Of a stretch of 64,000 bases of DNA, positions 29,290 to 39,552 are shown piece by piece. The notes below the pieces were generated by a model, which made no database searches, had not been told where the DNA came from, and was given only the letters and a program-made list of their open reading frames with translations. The position numbers and the translations under genes are program-made. This DNA is from an uncultured Acidimicrobiia bacterium (GTDB taxonomy: Bacteria; Actinomycetota; Acidimicrobiia; Spongiisociales; JAENVV01), in NCBI GenBank assembly GCA_963752075.1, contig CAVVWO010000007.1, forward strand, positions 14,840 to 78,839, written 5' to 3'. The first letter of the stretch is position 1. Each line of letters starts with the position of its first letter.

Positions 29290-29319
29290 GATTGACCGTC
29301 ACAAGCGAAGGACATCGCG

Positions 29320-30504
29320 GTGGACGGTGATCAGATCATCATTGGAATCGATGACGACTCCGCACAGGCCGCGCCTCCGAGCCGTTCCGGTGGCTGGCCT
29401 CTCGTGGTGATGGGCCTGGCCGCTGCCCTGGCCATCGGTGTATTGATCGGAAACGGCCGGACCTCAGCGGAACCCACCGCCGCTGAAATCGAGCAGGTGG
29501 CCAGAGTGGAAGCCGTTCGTGATCGAGCCAATCTGGTGACCGAGTTCCCGGAAGTGAGAGAGTCCGAGCCCGCGGGGGAACCACGGCCGCTCGGACGCCC
29601 GCTCCGAGAACTCATCCCGGGCTTCTCCGACGTGCTGATCGTCAGCTTGCTCGACTCGGCCGGCGAACCCCTCTACCAACTCGTGTGGGGGCCCGGTGCC
29701 AGCAGTGCAGTCCGCGCGACAACCCTCGACCACGGCGTCTTCGACCAATCCGGCAACTTCTTTGCTCGAGTCGAACATACGTTGTGGAACGGTCAGATGC
29801 TGGCGGTGGGGGACCTGTCTTCCCGGTCGACCGGCCCCGTCGCCATCGGTGCCGATGGCTTCGTATGGCATGACTCCGAGGATGCCCGGATCGCCTACAC
29901 CGGCGAGGTCGAAGATGCCCGGCGGGCGTTGTTCACCGGAAAGCTCGAGCGCATCGTCGGTGACGGGGAGGTGGCGATTTCCTATGTGACCGATATCGGA
30001 GGCGCCCGGCTGCTCGCTTGGGACGAATGGGGGTTCGCGCTGGAGGCGGACGGAGAACTCATTCTGCTCAACCCGCCAGGGGGCGATCTCGGTCGAGGGA
30101 CACTTCGCTTTCTCGGTTCGGCGTCTCGGAGCACCGTGGCCGTCGCCGACGGCCAGACCGTGCTGGTTGGCCCACCCGACCTCCAAGACCTCGTCGAGCC
30201 CTGGTGGGCGAGCCGAATCGGGGGCGAGGTCCTGGCGGTCCACAGATCTCCTGCCAGGAGCGTCCTGGCTGTCGAAGCCATTGAGGCGGAGGGAACGGTG
30301 ACCTACGTGGTGACCGACGATGACATCGTCAGATTGGCGTTTGCGTCGGCGGATCCGCAGCGCTGGTCCTCAGACGGGCGATTCCTCATCTTCAGCTCAA
30401 CGGGCGTCGAATCCTCGGCCCTCACCTTCTACGACATCGACTCCGACACGAGCTACGTCCTGGAGATGGCCGACCAGGTCGATCGCGTGTTCGTTCGTCC
30501 CTAG
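29320..30504 (+). CDS. hypothetical membrane-anchored protein, possible beta-propeller
   Basis: N-terminal TM; WSSDGRFLIF PD40-like motif. Confidence 0.6.
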   Translation: MDGDQIIIGIDDDSAQAAPPSRSGGWPLVVMGLAAALAIGVLIGNGRTSAEPTAAEIEQVARVEAVRDRANLVTEFPEVRESEPAGEPRPLGRPLRELIPGFSDVLIVSLLDSAGEPLYQLVWGPGASSAVRATTLDHGVFDQSGNFFARVEHTLWNGQMLAVGDLSSRSTGPVAIGADGFVWHDSEDARIAYTGEVEDARRALFTGKLERIVGDGEVAISYVTDIGGARLLAWDEWGFALEADGELILLNPPGGDLGRGTLRFLGSASRSTVAVADGQTVLVGPPDLQDLVEPWWASRIGGEVLAVHRSPARSVLAVEAIEAEGTVTYVVTDDDIVRLAFASADPQRWSSDGRFLIFSSTGVESSALTFYDIDSDTSYVLEMADQVDRVFVRP

Positions 30505-31268
30505 GCGCCCGGTCGGCAGACCCGACACGCCCGAAACCCGGCCTCGAGTGCTTCGCCCATGGTGCGGAACCATTGCTGGTGGCGGTCAGTGATCCGGCGG
30601 GCATGAGAGCACGTCGGGTGGCACACGATGTGGGTGGTCTCGCTGCCGAGCAACAATCGCCCGACCGTTGCGTTGGCCTCGGCGTCGGCAGTGTCGATGC
30701 CTTCGGCCTCCAAGAGGGCTCTCTTGGCGTCCACACCAAAGAGGTAGTTGCCGAGATGGCCGTCACCCTTGATCACCCGGTGGCAGGGGATGAGCACCGG
30801 AATGGGGTTCCGAGCCATGGTCGTTCCAACCGCCCTGGATGCGCCAGGGTTGTGAGCTTCGCGCGCTACCCATCCGTACGGCCGTACCTGACCGGGCGGG
30901 ATCTTGGCGACCACCTCGAGCACGGTCTTCTGGAAAGGGCTCACCGAGCGTAGGTCGACTGGCAATGCACCCAGCTTCCCCGTGGTGAGTGCCTGATCGA
31001 GCTTGGAGGCAAGCGACGGCGGCATGGCAGAGACGGGATACGCCGACCGCCCAAACCGTCTCGCGATGTTCTCGACGAAGCCCTGGCGATCGCCGGAAAG
31101 CGCGGTGGCGGAAACACCATGCGTGTTGAAGGCAACCTGGAGCGTTCCCGCAGGGGTGGTGCGTTCAACGATTCCGTCTGCCAGCCCAGTGGACAGCAGA
31201 ACGGTCGGGGCGACCGTCGGCGGCGCCGTGCGGTTCAGTGCTGCGAGTCGGTCGGCGATATCAGACAT
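30501..31268 (-). CDS. methylated-DNA--protein-cysteine methyltransferase with C-terminal Ada Zn-binding domain
   Basis: IPPGQVR.YG, SRAVG, NP..VLIPCHRV active site; C-terminal CHPTC...AGFRACRVCRP. Confidence 0.9.
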   Translation of the reverse strand: MSDIADRLAALNRTAPPTVAPTVLLSTGLADGIVERTTPAGTLQVAFNTHGVSATALSGDRQGFVENIARRFGRSAYPVSAMPPSLASKLDQALTTGKLGALPVDLRSVSPFQKTVLEVVAKIPPGQVRPYGWVAREAHNPGASRAVGTTMARNPIPVLIPCHRVIKGDGHLGNYLFGVDAKRALLEAEGIDTADAEANATVGRLLLGSETTHIVCHPTCSHARRITDRHQQWFRTMGEALEAGFRACRVCRPGA

Positions 31269-31803
31269 GTTGTCCTCCCAAGATGGTGTGAAGGCGCTGG
31301 AGGCCTCGGTGTACGTCGGACTTCAGAGTCCCTTCGGGTCGACCGGTTGCTTCGCTCATTGCCGGGTAACTCAGCCCGACTACATGCCGGAGTACCACGC
31401 ACTCGCGCTGGTTCTTCGGTAGCTTCGCCAGCGCTTCGATCAGTGGACCTTCGCTCGCCAGTGCCTGCGCCTCGGTGTTGTCGCTCCCCGGCGGGTCGAT
31501 GTCGATCAGCGGGACCACTCGGGGTCGGCGGCTCCGACTCCGTGCTCGGTTGCGGCAGAGGTTGAGAGCGATCGTCCACAACCACCCCTCGAGGCGGAGT
31601 TCCCGGATCCGTTCGCTGTCATAGTCGCGCAGTGCTCGGTAGGCCCGCACGAACGTTTCCTGGGTGAGGTCGGCCGCATCCTCGCGACTCGACGTCATCC
31701 GGAGGATGCCGCCGTAGATGCCGTTCTGGTGGGTCGTCACCAGTTCCGGAAACGCGGTATCGACGTCTCGGGAAAGCTTGGTTGTGATCGAGAGTGTGTT
31801 CAT
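31261..31803 (-). CDS. ECF sigma-70 factor
   Basis: DLTQETFVRAY, WLWTIALN (region 2); GTLKSDVHRGL (region 4); start could be 31812. Confidence 0.9.
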   Translation of the reverse strand: MNTLSITTKLSRDVDTAFPELVTTHQNGIYGGILRMTSSREDAADLTQETFVRAYRALRDYDSERIRELRLEGWLWTIALNLCRNRARSRSRRPRVVPLIDIDPPGSDNTEAQALASEGPLIEALAKLPKNQRECVVLRHVVGLSYPAMSEATGRPEGTLKSDVHRGLQRLHTILGGQHV

Positions 31804-31859
31804 GGTCGGCACATGAGATAGAACCCCGCTCCGTTGCCAGAGGTTGCACTCATCTCCTA

Positions 31860-31943
31860 GCCGTCAAGGTTGGGCCGTCAAGGTTGGGCCGTCACGCTTG
31901 GGCCGTCACGGTTGGGCCCTCAACGTCGAGCCGTCACCGTCGG
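31860..31943. repeat. six tandem 14-bp degenerate repeats (GCCGTCAnGnTnGG)
   Basis: gccgtcaaggttgg x2, gccgtcacgcttgg, gccgtcacggttgg, gccctcaacgtcga, gccgtcaccgtcgg. Confidence 0.9.
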
Positions 31944-31957
31944 GCGTCCGAGCCGGA

Positions 31958-32521
31958 CTACTTGAAGTCCCGGTGAATCCGGCTCGGAGTCGGCCCCCGC
32001 TGGCCCTGGTATTTCGAGCCCGCCTCTGCCGATCCATACGGGTTCTCGGCCGGGGTCGTCATCTGATAGAAGGAGATCTGGCCGATCCTCATCCCCGGGT
32101 AGATCGCGATCGGTAGGTTGGCGACATTGGAGAGCTCCAAGGTGAGGAAGCCATCGAATCCCGGATCGACGAATCCGGCGGTGGAATGAATGAGCAGTCC
32201 GAGCCGCCCCAAGCTCGACTTCCCCTCGAGTCGGGCCACGACGTCGTTGCCCAGGTGCACGCGTTCGAGGGTGGATCCGAGCACGAACTCGCCTGGGTGA
32301 AGCACGAACGCTTCTTCCTCGGCGACCTCGACGATGGTGGTCAGATCTTCCTGGCGAGCCATGGGGTCGATGTGGGGATACTTGTGGTTTTCGAAGACGC
32401 GAAAGAAGCGGTCCACTCGCAAATCCACCGACGAGGGCTGCACGTGAGACTCCTCGTAGGGGGTGATCGTGATGCGACCCTCCGCGATTGCCTCTTTGAT
32501 GGTGCGATCAGAGAAGATCAC
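31958..32521 (-). CDS. dcd: dCTP deaminase
   Basis: [41 protein letters not shown]. Confidence 0.95.
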   Translation of the reverse strand: MIFSDRTIKEAIAEGRITITPYEESHVQPSSVDLRVDRFFRVFENHKYPHIDPMARQEDLTTIVEVAEEEAFVLHPGEFVLGSTLERVHLGNDVVARLEGKSSLGRLGLLIHSTAGFVDPGFDGFLTLELSNVANLPIAIYPGMRIGQISFYQMTTPAENPYGSAEAGSKYQGQRGPTPSRIHRDFK

Positions 32522-32618
32522 CGCAGCTGCCTTTCGTCGTGGTCCGTCGGCGATTGTAGAGCCGTCTTCCGGTGGCCGCGACAGCCGGCCGTTCGAGCCC
32601 GTGGCGAACTCGGCTCGG

Positions 32619-32689
32619 AGCGGGTGAGGGGAATCGAACCCCCATTCCAAGCTTGGGAAGCTTGTGTTCTGCCTTTGAACTACACCCGC
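32619..32689 (-). tRNA. tRNA-Gly(CCC)
   Basis: GCGGGTG/CACCCGC acceptor stem, anticodon loop TTCCCAA, GGTTCGATTCC T-arm; followed by CCG, so CCA is not fully encoded. Confidence 0.95.
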
Positions 32690-32766
32690 AGTTCGCCTCG
32701 CATCCTAGCGGTCGCATAGTCGACCGGCCTCTCCGGGGTACTGGAGCAGCCGAGGTTGAGCGAGGG

Positions 32767-32973
32767 TCAGAAGCTCAAGGCTCCCCACACCGCCATGATC
32801 AGTCCGATACCCATGAGAAAGACCACCCGGCCCTTCCTGAATTCGCCTTGGATCTCCTCGGGTCGCTCCCCGCGAGACGCCTTGTACCACGCATATCCGT
32901 TGCCGACCATGAGGGCCAAACCCAGGCCCAGCGTCAACTCTGCAAAGAGGGTGTCTCCGAGTAACTCTGACAT
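32767..32973 (-). CDS. small two-TM membrane protein
   Basis: 68 aa with two hydrophobic helices. Confidence 0.65.
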   Translation of the reverse strand: MSELLGDTLFAELTLGLGLALMVGNGYAWYKASRGERPEEIQGEFRKGRVVFLMGIGLIMAVWGALSF

Positions 32974-33027
32974 GAGGCATCACCGTAGCGGTATCGTGGC
33001 ATGCCTCGAAGCCGGGAAAGGACACCA

Positions 33028-33825
33028 ATGCGCCACTGTTATGTCTTGCGGGTCTTCACCCGTGACGGGCTCGGCGGAAACCACCTAGGCGTGGTCACGG
33101 ACACCACTTCGTTGACCGACCAGGCGATGCAGGGAATCGCCGCAGGGCTGGGTTTCTCCGAGACCGTGTTCCTCGACTGGAACGAACGCGAGGTTCCCCA
33201 CGCTCGCATTTTCACCCCGACCACGGAGATGCCTTTCGCGGGACATCCGCTGGTCGGGGCGGCCTGGATCCTCCACGCTCTGGGTCCTGGGGGACCGGAG
33301 GAGCTCACCTGCGAGATCGGTCGGATCGGGATTTCGTACGACGGGACGGCAGCATGGATCGACGCTCCTCTCGGACAGGCTGTGTCAACGATTGACCGCT
33401 TTGACGCAGCCGCGCTGGGACTTCCGGTGCCGAGATCTGCCGTGGCGGTGGAGATGCCGCTCAGGTACGTGCTGGTGGAGTTGAGCGGAGCGAGTGAAGT
33501 CGCCTCTTTCCGTCCCGATCCGGAGATCATGGCCGCCCATCCGGACGGCGAGCACACCTATGTCTGGGCGCGAGCAGGTGACGGCCGGGTCCGAGCCCGT
33601 TTCTTCGCACCGGCGTCGGGCATCTTCGAAGACCCAGCCACCGGAAGCGCCGCCGTGGCTCTCGCCCGCGCCCTCCAAGCGGCGGGAGAACCGGAGGGAG
33701 ACTTGTTGATTCGACAAGGTGAAGAGATCGGAGCCGCTTCCGTTATCCATCTATCGTGGACGCCGGATGGTGCTCGAATCGGAGGATCGGTCATGAGGGA
33801 CGAAGTGCGAGAATTGGATGCATGA
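33028..33825 (+). CDS. PhzF family isomerase
   Basis: GGNHLGVV, FSETVF, RIFTP..EMPFAGHP, EDPATGSA. Confidence 0.92.
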   Translation: MRHCYVLRVFTRDGLGGNHLGVVTDTTSLTDQAMQGIAAGLGFSETVFLDWNEREVPHARIFTPTTEMPFAGHPLVGAAWILHALGPGGPEELTCEIGRIGISYDGTAAWIDAPLGQAVSTIDRFDAAALGLPVPRSAVAVEMPLRYVLVELSGASEVASFRPDPEIMAAHPDGEHTYVWARAGDGRVRARFFAPASGIFEDPATGSAAVALARALQAAGEPEGDLLIRQGEEIGAASVIHLSWTPDGARIGGSVMRDEVRELDA

Positions 33826-33857
33826 CGAGGTTCAGGCAGGCGCGGGGATGGTCAGGC

Positions 33858-34724
33858 ATGGCTAAGGCTTCTGCACCGGCTTCATCCGGCAATCTGGGAC
33901 CAGGCTTCGACGCCTTTGCTTTGGCGTTGGAGCTTTGGTGTGAGGTAACGGCCGAGCGGTCCGATCGGTGGTCAGCCATGCACCTCGGTCCTCATGAGCT
34001 TCCTGCGGGCGCTCCTGATCTGGTTCTGGCGGCAGCTCAGAAGGCCGTGGGGGATCAGCCGCTCAAGCTCACGGTCGCCAACTCGATACCACTTGCGCGT
34101 GGATTGGGCTCATCGTCTGCTGCCGCTGCTGCGGGTGCGGCGGCCGCTCTCCTGGCCGTGGAGGCCAAGGTTGATCGGAAAGAGGTGTTCGACCTCGTGA
34201 CCGAATTCGAGGGACATGCAGACAACTCGGGGGCAGCAGTGTACGGAGGGGTCATCGCCGTTGACTCGACCGGCTCTCCATTCTCACTGACGATGTCCGA
34301 CGTTTGGCGGGTCCTGGTCGCGGTGCCTTCCTACGGCCTCGCTACGTCGCGAGCGCGGGCAGCGCTCGGCCCAACGGTCGACCGACAAGCCGTGGTGCGC
34401 AACATGGGAAGGGTGGCTGCTCTGATCGAGGGCTTGCGAACCGGTGAGGCAGCCCTTCTCCGACGCGCGGCCGGTGACGAACTCCATGAACCCGTTCGTG
34501 CGCATCTCCACCCCCGGGCCACCGAGCTGATGGCAGCCGCCCGTTCGGCCGGGGCCGCCCACTCGGCCTGGAGTGGTGCTGGTCCCGCCATAATCGCATT
34601 CACCACAGCCGATGCCGTTGCCCCCGTTGTGGCTGCCATGACCGAAGCCCTTCAGGGCGAAGGCGAGGTATGGGAGCTGCCGGTGGCGTATGGCGGCTTG
34701 TTCTTGCACCCGACCGACAGCTGA
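33858..34724 (+). CDS. thrB: homoserine kinase
   Basis: PASSGNLGPGFD, IPLARGLGSSSAA, EGHADN, SGAGP; start could be 33822. Confidence 0.92.
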   Translation: MAKASAPASSGNLGPGFDAFALALELWCEVTAERSDRWSAMHLGPHELPAGAPDLVLAAAQKAVGDQPLKLTVANSIPLARGLGSSSAAAAAGAAAALLAVEAKVDRKEVFDLVTEFEGHADNSGAAVYGGVIAVDSTGSPFSLTMSDVWRVLVAVPSYGLATSRARAALGPTVDRQAVVRNMGRVAALIEGLRTGEAALLRRAAGDELHEPVRAHLHPRATELMAAARSAGAAHSAWSGAGPAIIAFTTADAVAPVVAAMTEALQGEGEVWELPVAYGGLFLHPTDS

Positions 34725-34812
34725 GGCCGGACCTGGCGGGCCGTTCGGTTTGCGATCGGCGGCCCAACCCGGCAAGCTATGAACCCGCATCGTTCATGTT
34801 GAGGAAGTTTGT

Positions 34813-34905
34813 ATGGGCTCGCTGATCAAGAAGCGACGCAAGAAGATGTCGAAACACAAGTACCGTAAGCGTCTCAAGGCGAACCGCCACAAGCGCAAGC
34901 GTTGA
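34813..34905 (+). CDS. 30S ribosomal protein bS22 (AURKAIP1/COX24-like); absent from ORF track
   Basis: MGSLIKKRRKKMSKHKYRKRLKANRHKRKR; GAGGA RBS. Confidence 0.9.
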   Translation: MGSLIKKRRKKMSKHKYRKRLKANRHKRKR

Positions 34906-34954
34906 CCAGCCGCGGTCGGCCACCGTTGGGTCGTTTGCGTAGAGCTCCGATTGC

Positions 34955-35335
34955 CTAGAGCGCGGTAGCTGCAGCAAAGATCCCCAGGCTGACCAAGAGC
35001 GTCGCCCCCTGGAGGGCTCCCCGGACGGCAGGTGTCGTTCGGCGCGCCGTGATCTGGTGTGCGAGCGCGATCCCGGCCACCAACCCCACGAGCGCGATCT
35101 TGGTCCGAAACCAGAGAGCTCCGTCCAAACCGACCCGGTTCGGCCAGTAGCGAAGCCCACCCGAGACCACGAGCACGGCCATCGCAGACCACGACACCCT
35201 GCCGAACTGTCGGGCCATCGCCTGTAGCTGGGCTCGGTCGACTCCGGCTCGTCTGAGCGCCGGAACGAGTGCTCCGAGCGTGATGAGCCCCCCCAACCAC
35301 ACTGCCGCCGCTACCTCGTGAACGAACTCGAGCAT
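34955..35335 (-). CDS. small membrane protein, CopD-like
   Basis: H..AAAVWLGGL motif, four TM; downstream of the cop genes on the same strand. Confidence 0.65.
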   Translation of the reverse strand: MLEFVHEVAAAVWLGGLITLGALVPALRRAGVDRAQLQAMARQFGRVSWSAMAVLVVSGGLRYWPNRVGLDGALWFRTKIALVGLVAGIALAHQITARRTTPAVRGALQGATLLVSLGIFAAATAL

Positions 35336-35363
35336 GCGTGTTCCTCCTTCTTCTAGGACGGTG

Positions 35364-36101
35364 TCATCCGTCGGCACCGGACCCGATGTCGATGAACCTG
35401 ACGGCGAGTAGGACGGCCGCAGCTCCCGCCAAGGCAACGAGACCCACCGTCAACATGAGGCTCCTGTCGGAGCCCACCGGCGCGGCTCGCTCGGCGCAGC
35501 CCCCCACCTTCATCGCCTCGGCAACGAATGCGCTGCGCTCGACACGGCCCCCGTTGATGAACACGAAGTCGCCAAAGAGGTCGGACCTCTCGAAGGGCAA
35601 CAGGTAGGTGCTGTCTCCGACCATGATCAGCTCGAGGCGCCCGACCGGAAGTCGCTCGAATGTGACGAGCTCCTCGAAGGGTTCGGGAGGTTGGCCGGCG
35701 ATGAACGTCGTACGGCTATCCGTGTCCGCTCCGGAGAGGTGCCAGAGGAGATCGCCGGTCCGTACCTCCCGGATTTGGATGTCACTGATCGTTTCGGTCC
35801 CGCAGGGGAGGAAGCGGGCCGCCACCGTCTCTTCGGCCTCGATCCAGGTGACCCCGATCGGTACTCCGATCGCGCAGGACCGGTCCTCACATCCGTCGGG
35901 CGATGGCAGGAGAGCCAGGATGCCGAGGATCAACACGCCCAAACCGACGATCCCGACCACGGCGAGCAACACCTGGTTCTCGTCGAGCACCGACCAGTGG
36001 AGGATGGGTCGCGGTGGTCCCTGAAGCGATCGGGGTGCTGCCCGGGGAGTGGGTGTGGTTCCGGAGCCCCACGGATCGGTTGGTGGTTCGTCGGTGATCA
36101 T
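35364..36101 (-). CDS. hypothetical protein with two TM segments
   Basis: TM segments flanking a Cys-containing extracytoplasmic region. Confidence 0.6.
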   Translation of the reverse strand: MITDEPPTDPWGSGTTPTPRAAPRSLQGPPRPILHWSVLDENQVLLAVVGIVGLGVLILGILALLPSPDGCEDRSCAIGVPIGVTWIEAEETVAARFLPCGTETISDIQIREVRTGDLLWHLSGADTDSRTTFIAGQPPEPFEELVTFERLPVGRLELIMVGDSTYLLPFERSDLFGDFVFINGGRVERSAFVAEAMKVGGCAERAAPVGSDRSLMLTVGLVALAGAAAVLLAVRFIDIGSGADG

Positions 36102-36169
36102 GCGCCGCAAGGGTACCCAGCGTCCCGGTTCAGATGGCTGATTGGCCTCCCACCCAAAGGGCCGGTGGA

Positions 36170-38383
36170 TCAGCGATCGGGGTCGAACCGACGCAGGCGA
36201 AGACTGTTGCTGACCACCGTGACACTCGAGGTCGCCATGGCCGCTGCGGCGAACATCGGATTGAGGAGACCTGCCGCCGCCAGAGGGATCATGGCCACGT
36301 TGTAGAAGAACGCCCAGAAGAGGTTCTGCTTGATCGTGCGGAAGGTAGCTCTGGCCAGCCGCAGGGCTGTCTTGACGAGGAGGGGGTCTCCCGACATCAG
36401 GATCACGTCGCCGGCCTCGATGGCTATGTCGGTTCCCGTGCCAATCGCCATTCCCAAATCGGCCTGGGTGAGGGCGGGCGCATCGTTGATGCCATCGCCG
36501 GCAAAGGCCACTCGGGTACCTTCTGCCATCAGCCTGGCTACCTCGGCAGCTTTGTCACCTGGAAGCACTTCCGACAAGACTCGATCGATCCCCACCTGAC
36601 GGGCTATTGCCGAGGCCGTTCGGTGGTTGTCCCCGGTGATCATCGCCACGTGGACGCCCATTTCGTGAAGCTGGTCGACCGCTGAGCGAGCAGTAGACCG
36701 GAGCGTGTCCGCCACCGCCAAGACACCTCGAACCTCGCCGTCCCAACCAGCCACGAACGCCGTGTGTCCGTCTCCCTCCAGGCGGTCGAGCGCTTCGGCC
36801 AGGTCGGTGGGTAGCAACAAGCCCTCGTCGGCCAGGAACTTGGTGGTGCCGGCCGCGACCACCAACCCGTCCACCTGTCCGGTAACGCCGCGACCGGGGA
36901 CATTGCGAAAATCGCTGGGGGTCATCAGTTCGAGGTCGCGTTCCTCGGCCCCGAGCGCCACTGCCCGTGCCACCGGGTGCTCGCTCGCCCCCTCGAGTGA
37001 GGCCACCACGTGAAGGAATCGGTTCTCGTCGATGTCGTCGGCGGTAACGACCCCGGCCAGGGTCATCACTCCGCGGGTCAGCGTCCCGGTCTTGTCGAAT
37101 ACCACGGCATCGATGCCACGAGAGCGCTCAAAGATCTCGGCGCCCTTGAAGATCACTCCAAGTTCGGCGCCTCGGCCGCTGCCAACCATGATGGCCGTCG
37201 GGGTGGCAAGACCGAGGGCACATGGGCACGCAATGATCAGCACGGCGACGGCATTCCGAACGCCGGTAGCGACATCACCCGAGGCCACCCACCAGCCGAA
37301 GAACGTGAGGAGTGCAAGCGTGATCACTATCGGAACAAAGACGCCGCTGATCTGATCGGCCAGTTTCTGGATCGGGGCCTTGGATGCCTGGGCATCCTCG
37401 ACCAGCTTGACGATCTGGTGCAGCGCCGTCTGGCTGCCCACCTTGTTCACCTCGACCACCAACCGACCTTGCTGGTTGAGCGTGGCACCGAACACGTCGT
37501 CGCCGGCGATCTTGTCGACCGGTACCGATTCCCCGGTCAGCATGCTCTCGTCGAGGGAGCTCGCTCCCTCCCGGATGACACCGTCGCTCGGGATCTTCTC
37601 GCCGGGTCTCACGACCACGAGGTCACCCGGGCGCACTTCGTCGATGGGGACGCGAACCTCGGTGCCATTGCGAAGTACGACCGCGTCCTTGGCTCCGAGT
37701 TCCAGGAGCTTGGTGATGGCGGCCGAGGCGTTTCCCTTCGCCCGCGCCTCGAAGTACCGGCCGAGCAGGATGAACGTGATGATGGCGCCTGCTGTTTCGA
37801 AGAAGACCGGGGCGTCGGCAAAGAAGGCCCACACCGAAAATCCGTAGGCGGCCAACGTGCCGATGGACACGAGGGTGTCCATGTTGGCGGTGAAGCTACT
37901 CAGGCGCTTGGCGGCCGCCCGGTGGAACTGGGCGCCGAAGACGAACTCGACAGGGGTGACGAGCGCCCATTGCAGAGCGAGGCTCCAGGTCGTATCGGGG
38001 CCGGCCATCGCGAGCACCATGACAGGGAGGGTGAAGAGAGCCGCCAGCAAGAAGTTCCGCCACTGCTCGCGCTGCTCTTCGGTGTACCTCTCGACCTGGC
38101 TCTGCCGCTCGGTGTCCTCCTCGACCAGGGTGAGGTCGTAGCCGATCTTGCGGACCGCATCGAAGAGGGAAGCCGGGTCGACGCCCGGTTGGACTCGGAC
38201 GTGGGCTTCGCCGCCGGCGAAGTTGACGACCGCGCCGTCGACGGTGTCCTGCTTGGACAGCACTCGCTCAACGCGCACCGCGCAGGATGCACACGTCATT
38301 CCCCCGACCTCGAAAACGAGCTCCTCGGATGCGGCGGGGGAGCCCACAGAGCCGGTGCGAGCGTCGATGTCTGACTTGGCCAC
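36170..38383 (-). CDS. copA: copper-translocating P1B-type ATPase
   Basis: GMTCASC, TGES, CPC, DKTGT, SEHP, GDGIND, YN and M..SS Cu(I) signature. Confidence 0.95.
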   Translation of the reverse strand: MAKSDIDARTGSVGSPAASEELVFEVGGMTCASCAVRVERVLSKQDTVDGAVVNFAGGEAHVRVQPGVDPASLFDAVRKIGYDLTLVEEDTERQSQVERYTEEQREQWRNFLLAALFTLPVMVLAMAGPDTTWSLALQWALVTPVEFVFGAQFHRAAAKRLSSFTANMDTLVSIGTLAAYGFSVWAFFADAPVFFETAGAIITFILLGRYFEARAKGNASAAITKLLELGAKDAVVLRNGTEVRVPIDEVRPGDLVVVRPGEKIPSDGVIREGASSLDESMLTGESVPVDKIAGDDVFGATLNQQGRLVVEVNKVGSQTALHQIVKLVEDAQASKAPIQKLADQISGVFVPIVITLALLTFFGWWVASGDVATGVRNAVAVLIIACPCALGLATPTAIMVGSGRGAELGVIFKGAEIFERSRGIDAVVFDKTGTLTRGVMTLAGVVTADDIDENRFLHVVASLEGASEHPVARAVALGAEERDLELMTPSDFRNVPGRGVTGQVDGLVVAAGTTKFLADEGLLLPTDLAEALDRLEGDGHTAFVAGWDGEVRGVLAVADTLRSTARSAVDQLHEMGVHVAMITGDNHRTASAIARQVGIDRVLSEVLPGDKAAEVARLMAEGTRVAFAGDGINDAPALTQADLGMAIGTGTDIAIEAGDVILMSGDPLLVKTALRLARATFRTIKQNLFWAFFYNVAMIPLAAAGLLNPMFAAAAMATSSVTVVSNSLRLRRFDPDR

Positions 38384-38384
38384 G

Positions 38385-38597
38385 TTACGAACGGGCTACG
38401 TCGTAGCCCTGTTCTTCGATCGCTTCGATGATGACATCGAGCGAGGTCGTCGACTCGTCGAAAGCGACGTCGACCGTCTTGGGGTCGATGTGCACCTCGA
38501 CCTTGTCGACACCCGCAAGAACGTCGACTGCGCCTTCGATGGAGCTCTTGCAGTGACCGCAGGAGATGTCGGGGACTGAGAGGGTCAAGTTGGTCAT
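38385..38597 (-). CDS. copZ: copper chaperone (HMA domain)
   Basis: VPDISCGHC...IEEQGYDV. Confidence 0.92.
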   Translation of the reverse strand: MTNLTLSVPDISCGHCKSSIEGAVDVLAGVDKVEVHIDPKTVDVAFDESTTSLDVIIEAIEEQGYDVARS

Positions 38598-38920
38598 GTT
38601 GGTTCCTTTGCTGTGATCGGGTCGTCGATGAGCGGCCGTGCGGCCGGACCGGTGACGGCTGCGGTGTACCGCATCGTTTCCATGAGCTCGTCCACGATCT
38701 CGGCTCCTCGGCCTTCCTGAACCGCGTGGGCGACGCACGTCTCGAGATGGTTCTGGAGCAGGATCCGGTTCACTCCCTCGAGTGAGCCCTGCAGCGCCGA
38801 CACTTGCTTCATGATGTCGGGGCAGTATCGCTCGTCCTCGACCATGGCGATCACGCTCTCGAGGTGGCCACGCACCGTCTTGAGGCGGTTGAGGGAGTTT
38901 TTCTTGTGGAGATCCTTCAT
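38594..38920 (-). CDS. csoR: CsoR family copper-sensing repressor
   Basis: RLK..RGH......M.E.ERYC.D...Q...HLETCV. Confidence 0.92.
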   Translation of the reverse strand: MKDLHKKNSLNRLKTVRGHLESVIAMVEDERYCPDIMKQVSALQGSLEGVNRILLQNHLETCVAHAVQEGRGAEIVDELMETMRYTAAVTGPAARPLIDDPITAKEPT

Positions 38921-38926
38921 GCCGTG

Positions 38927-38953
38927 ATTGTACCACCCCACCGGGGGTGGGGT
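38927..38953 (-). promoter_or_regulatory. CsoR operator overlapping an extended -10 (leaderless csoR)
   Basis: Perfect ACCCCACC-ggg-GGTGGGGT inverted repeat next to TGGTACAAT, six nt before ATG. Confidence 0.8.
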
Positions 38954-39140
38954 AGAAGCGCGTGGTTTTCTCGCTCATGAGCAGATTTCGGGGAACCAAA
39001 ACCTCATCGGCTGCGTATTAAGGGCAAACGCTCCTCACAAGGTCGAAATACAACCGGAGTCAGTTTGGTTGTACCAGACGCAATCTGTATCGAATGAATA
39101 GAGCCCGATACCTAGCCCGTTACAAAGGAGGGCGAACATC

Positions 39141-39341
39141 ATGGCTGAGACCAATTTGAAAGGCCGCCGTATCACCGGATCGGCACGACCATCCCGAACC
39201 GTGAAGGGCGACCGACGCTGTTCGAAACGCGGCTGCGAGACCATTCTCTCGCAGTACAACAAGCGTGAGTTTTGCTACGCCCACGCTCCGGTCAAGTTCC
39301 CCCGAGTCCGGGGCCGCGTCATCACCGACGGCATGGCGTAG
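39141..39341 (+). CDS. small basic putative Zn-binding protein
   Basis: C-x4-C...C-x2-H; strong AAGGAGG RBS. Confidence 0.7.
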   Translation: MAETNLKGRRITGSARPSRTVKGDRRCSKRGCETILSQYNKREFCYAHAPVKFPRVRGRVITDGMA

Positions 39342-39552
39342 AACAACCGTACGGCGCCGTCGCTCCGGTCGACTCTCTCCCCGATCTGACCGGCGCCGTG
39401 TGCTGGACCTGGGTTGCCCGCTCTGTCCAGCAATCGACTGAGGTCCCGGACTCCCTCCCCGGGACCTCAGTCATGTGATGCACGACCCGAAACCAACGCC
39501 GCCACGTCCTGACTTCGCCGGCGCCTGGTCTCGTTGCGCTACCGGCTCTCGA

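Noticed and set aside
31860-31943. Possible CRISPR array
   Set aside because: Units are 14 bp, directly adjacent with no spacers, and no cas genes are in the window.
32619-32689. tRNA-Gly as an integration site for a mobile element
   Set aside because: No integrase and no duplicated tRNA 3' end seen; dcd follows directly.
39022-39120. c-di-GMP-I riboswitch suggested by GGGCAAAC and a GCAA-containing loop
   Set aside because: The expected P2/P3 architecture and spacing are not present; kept only as a generic structured leader.
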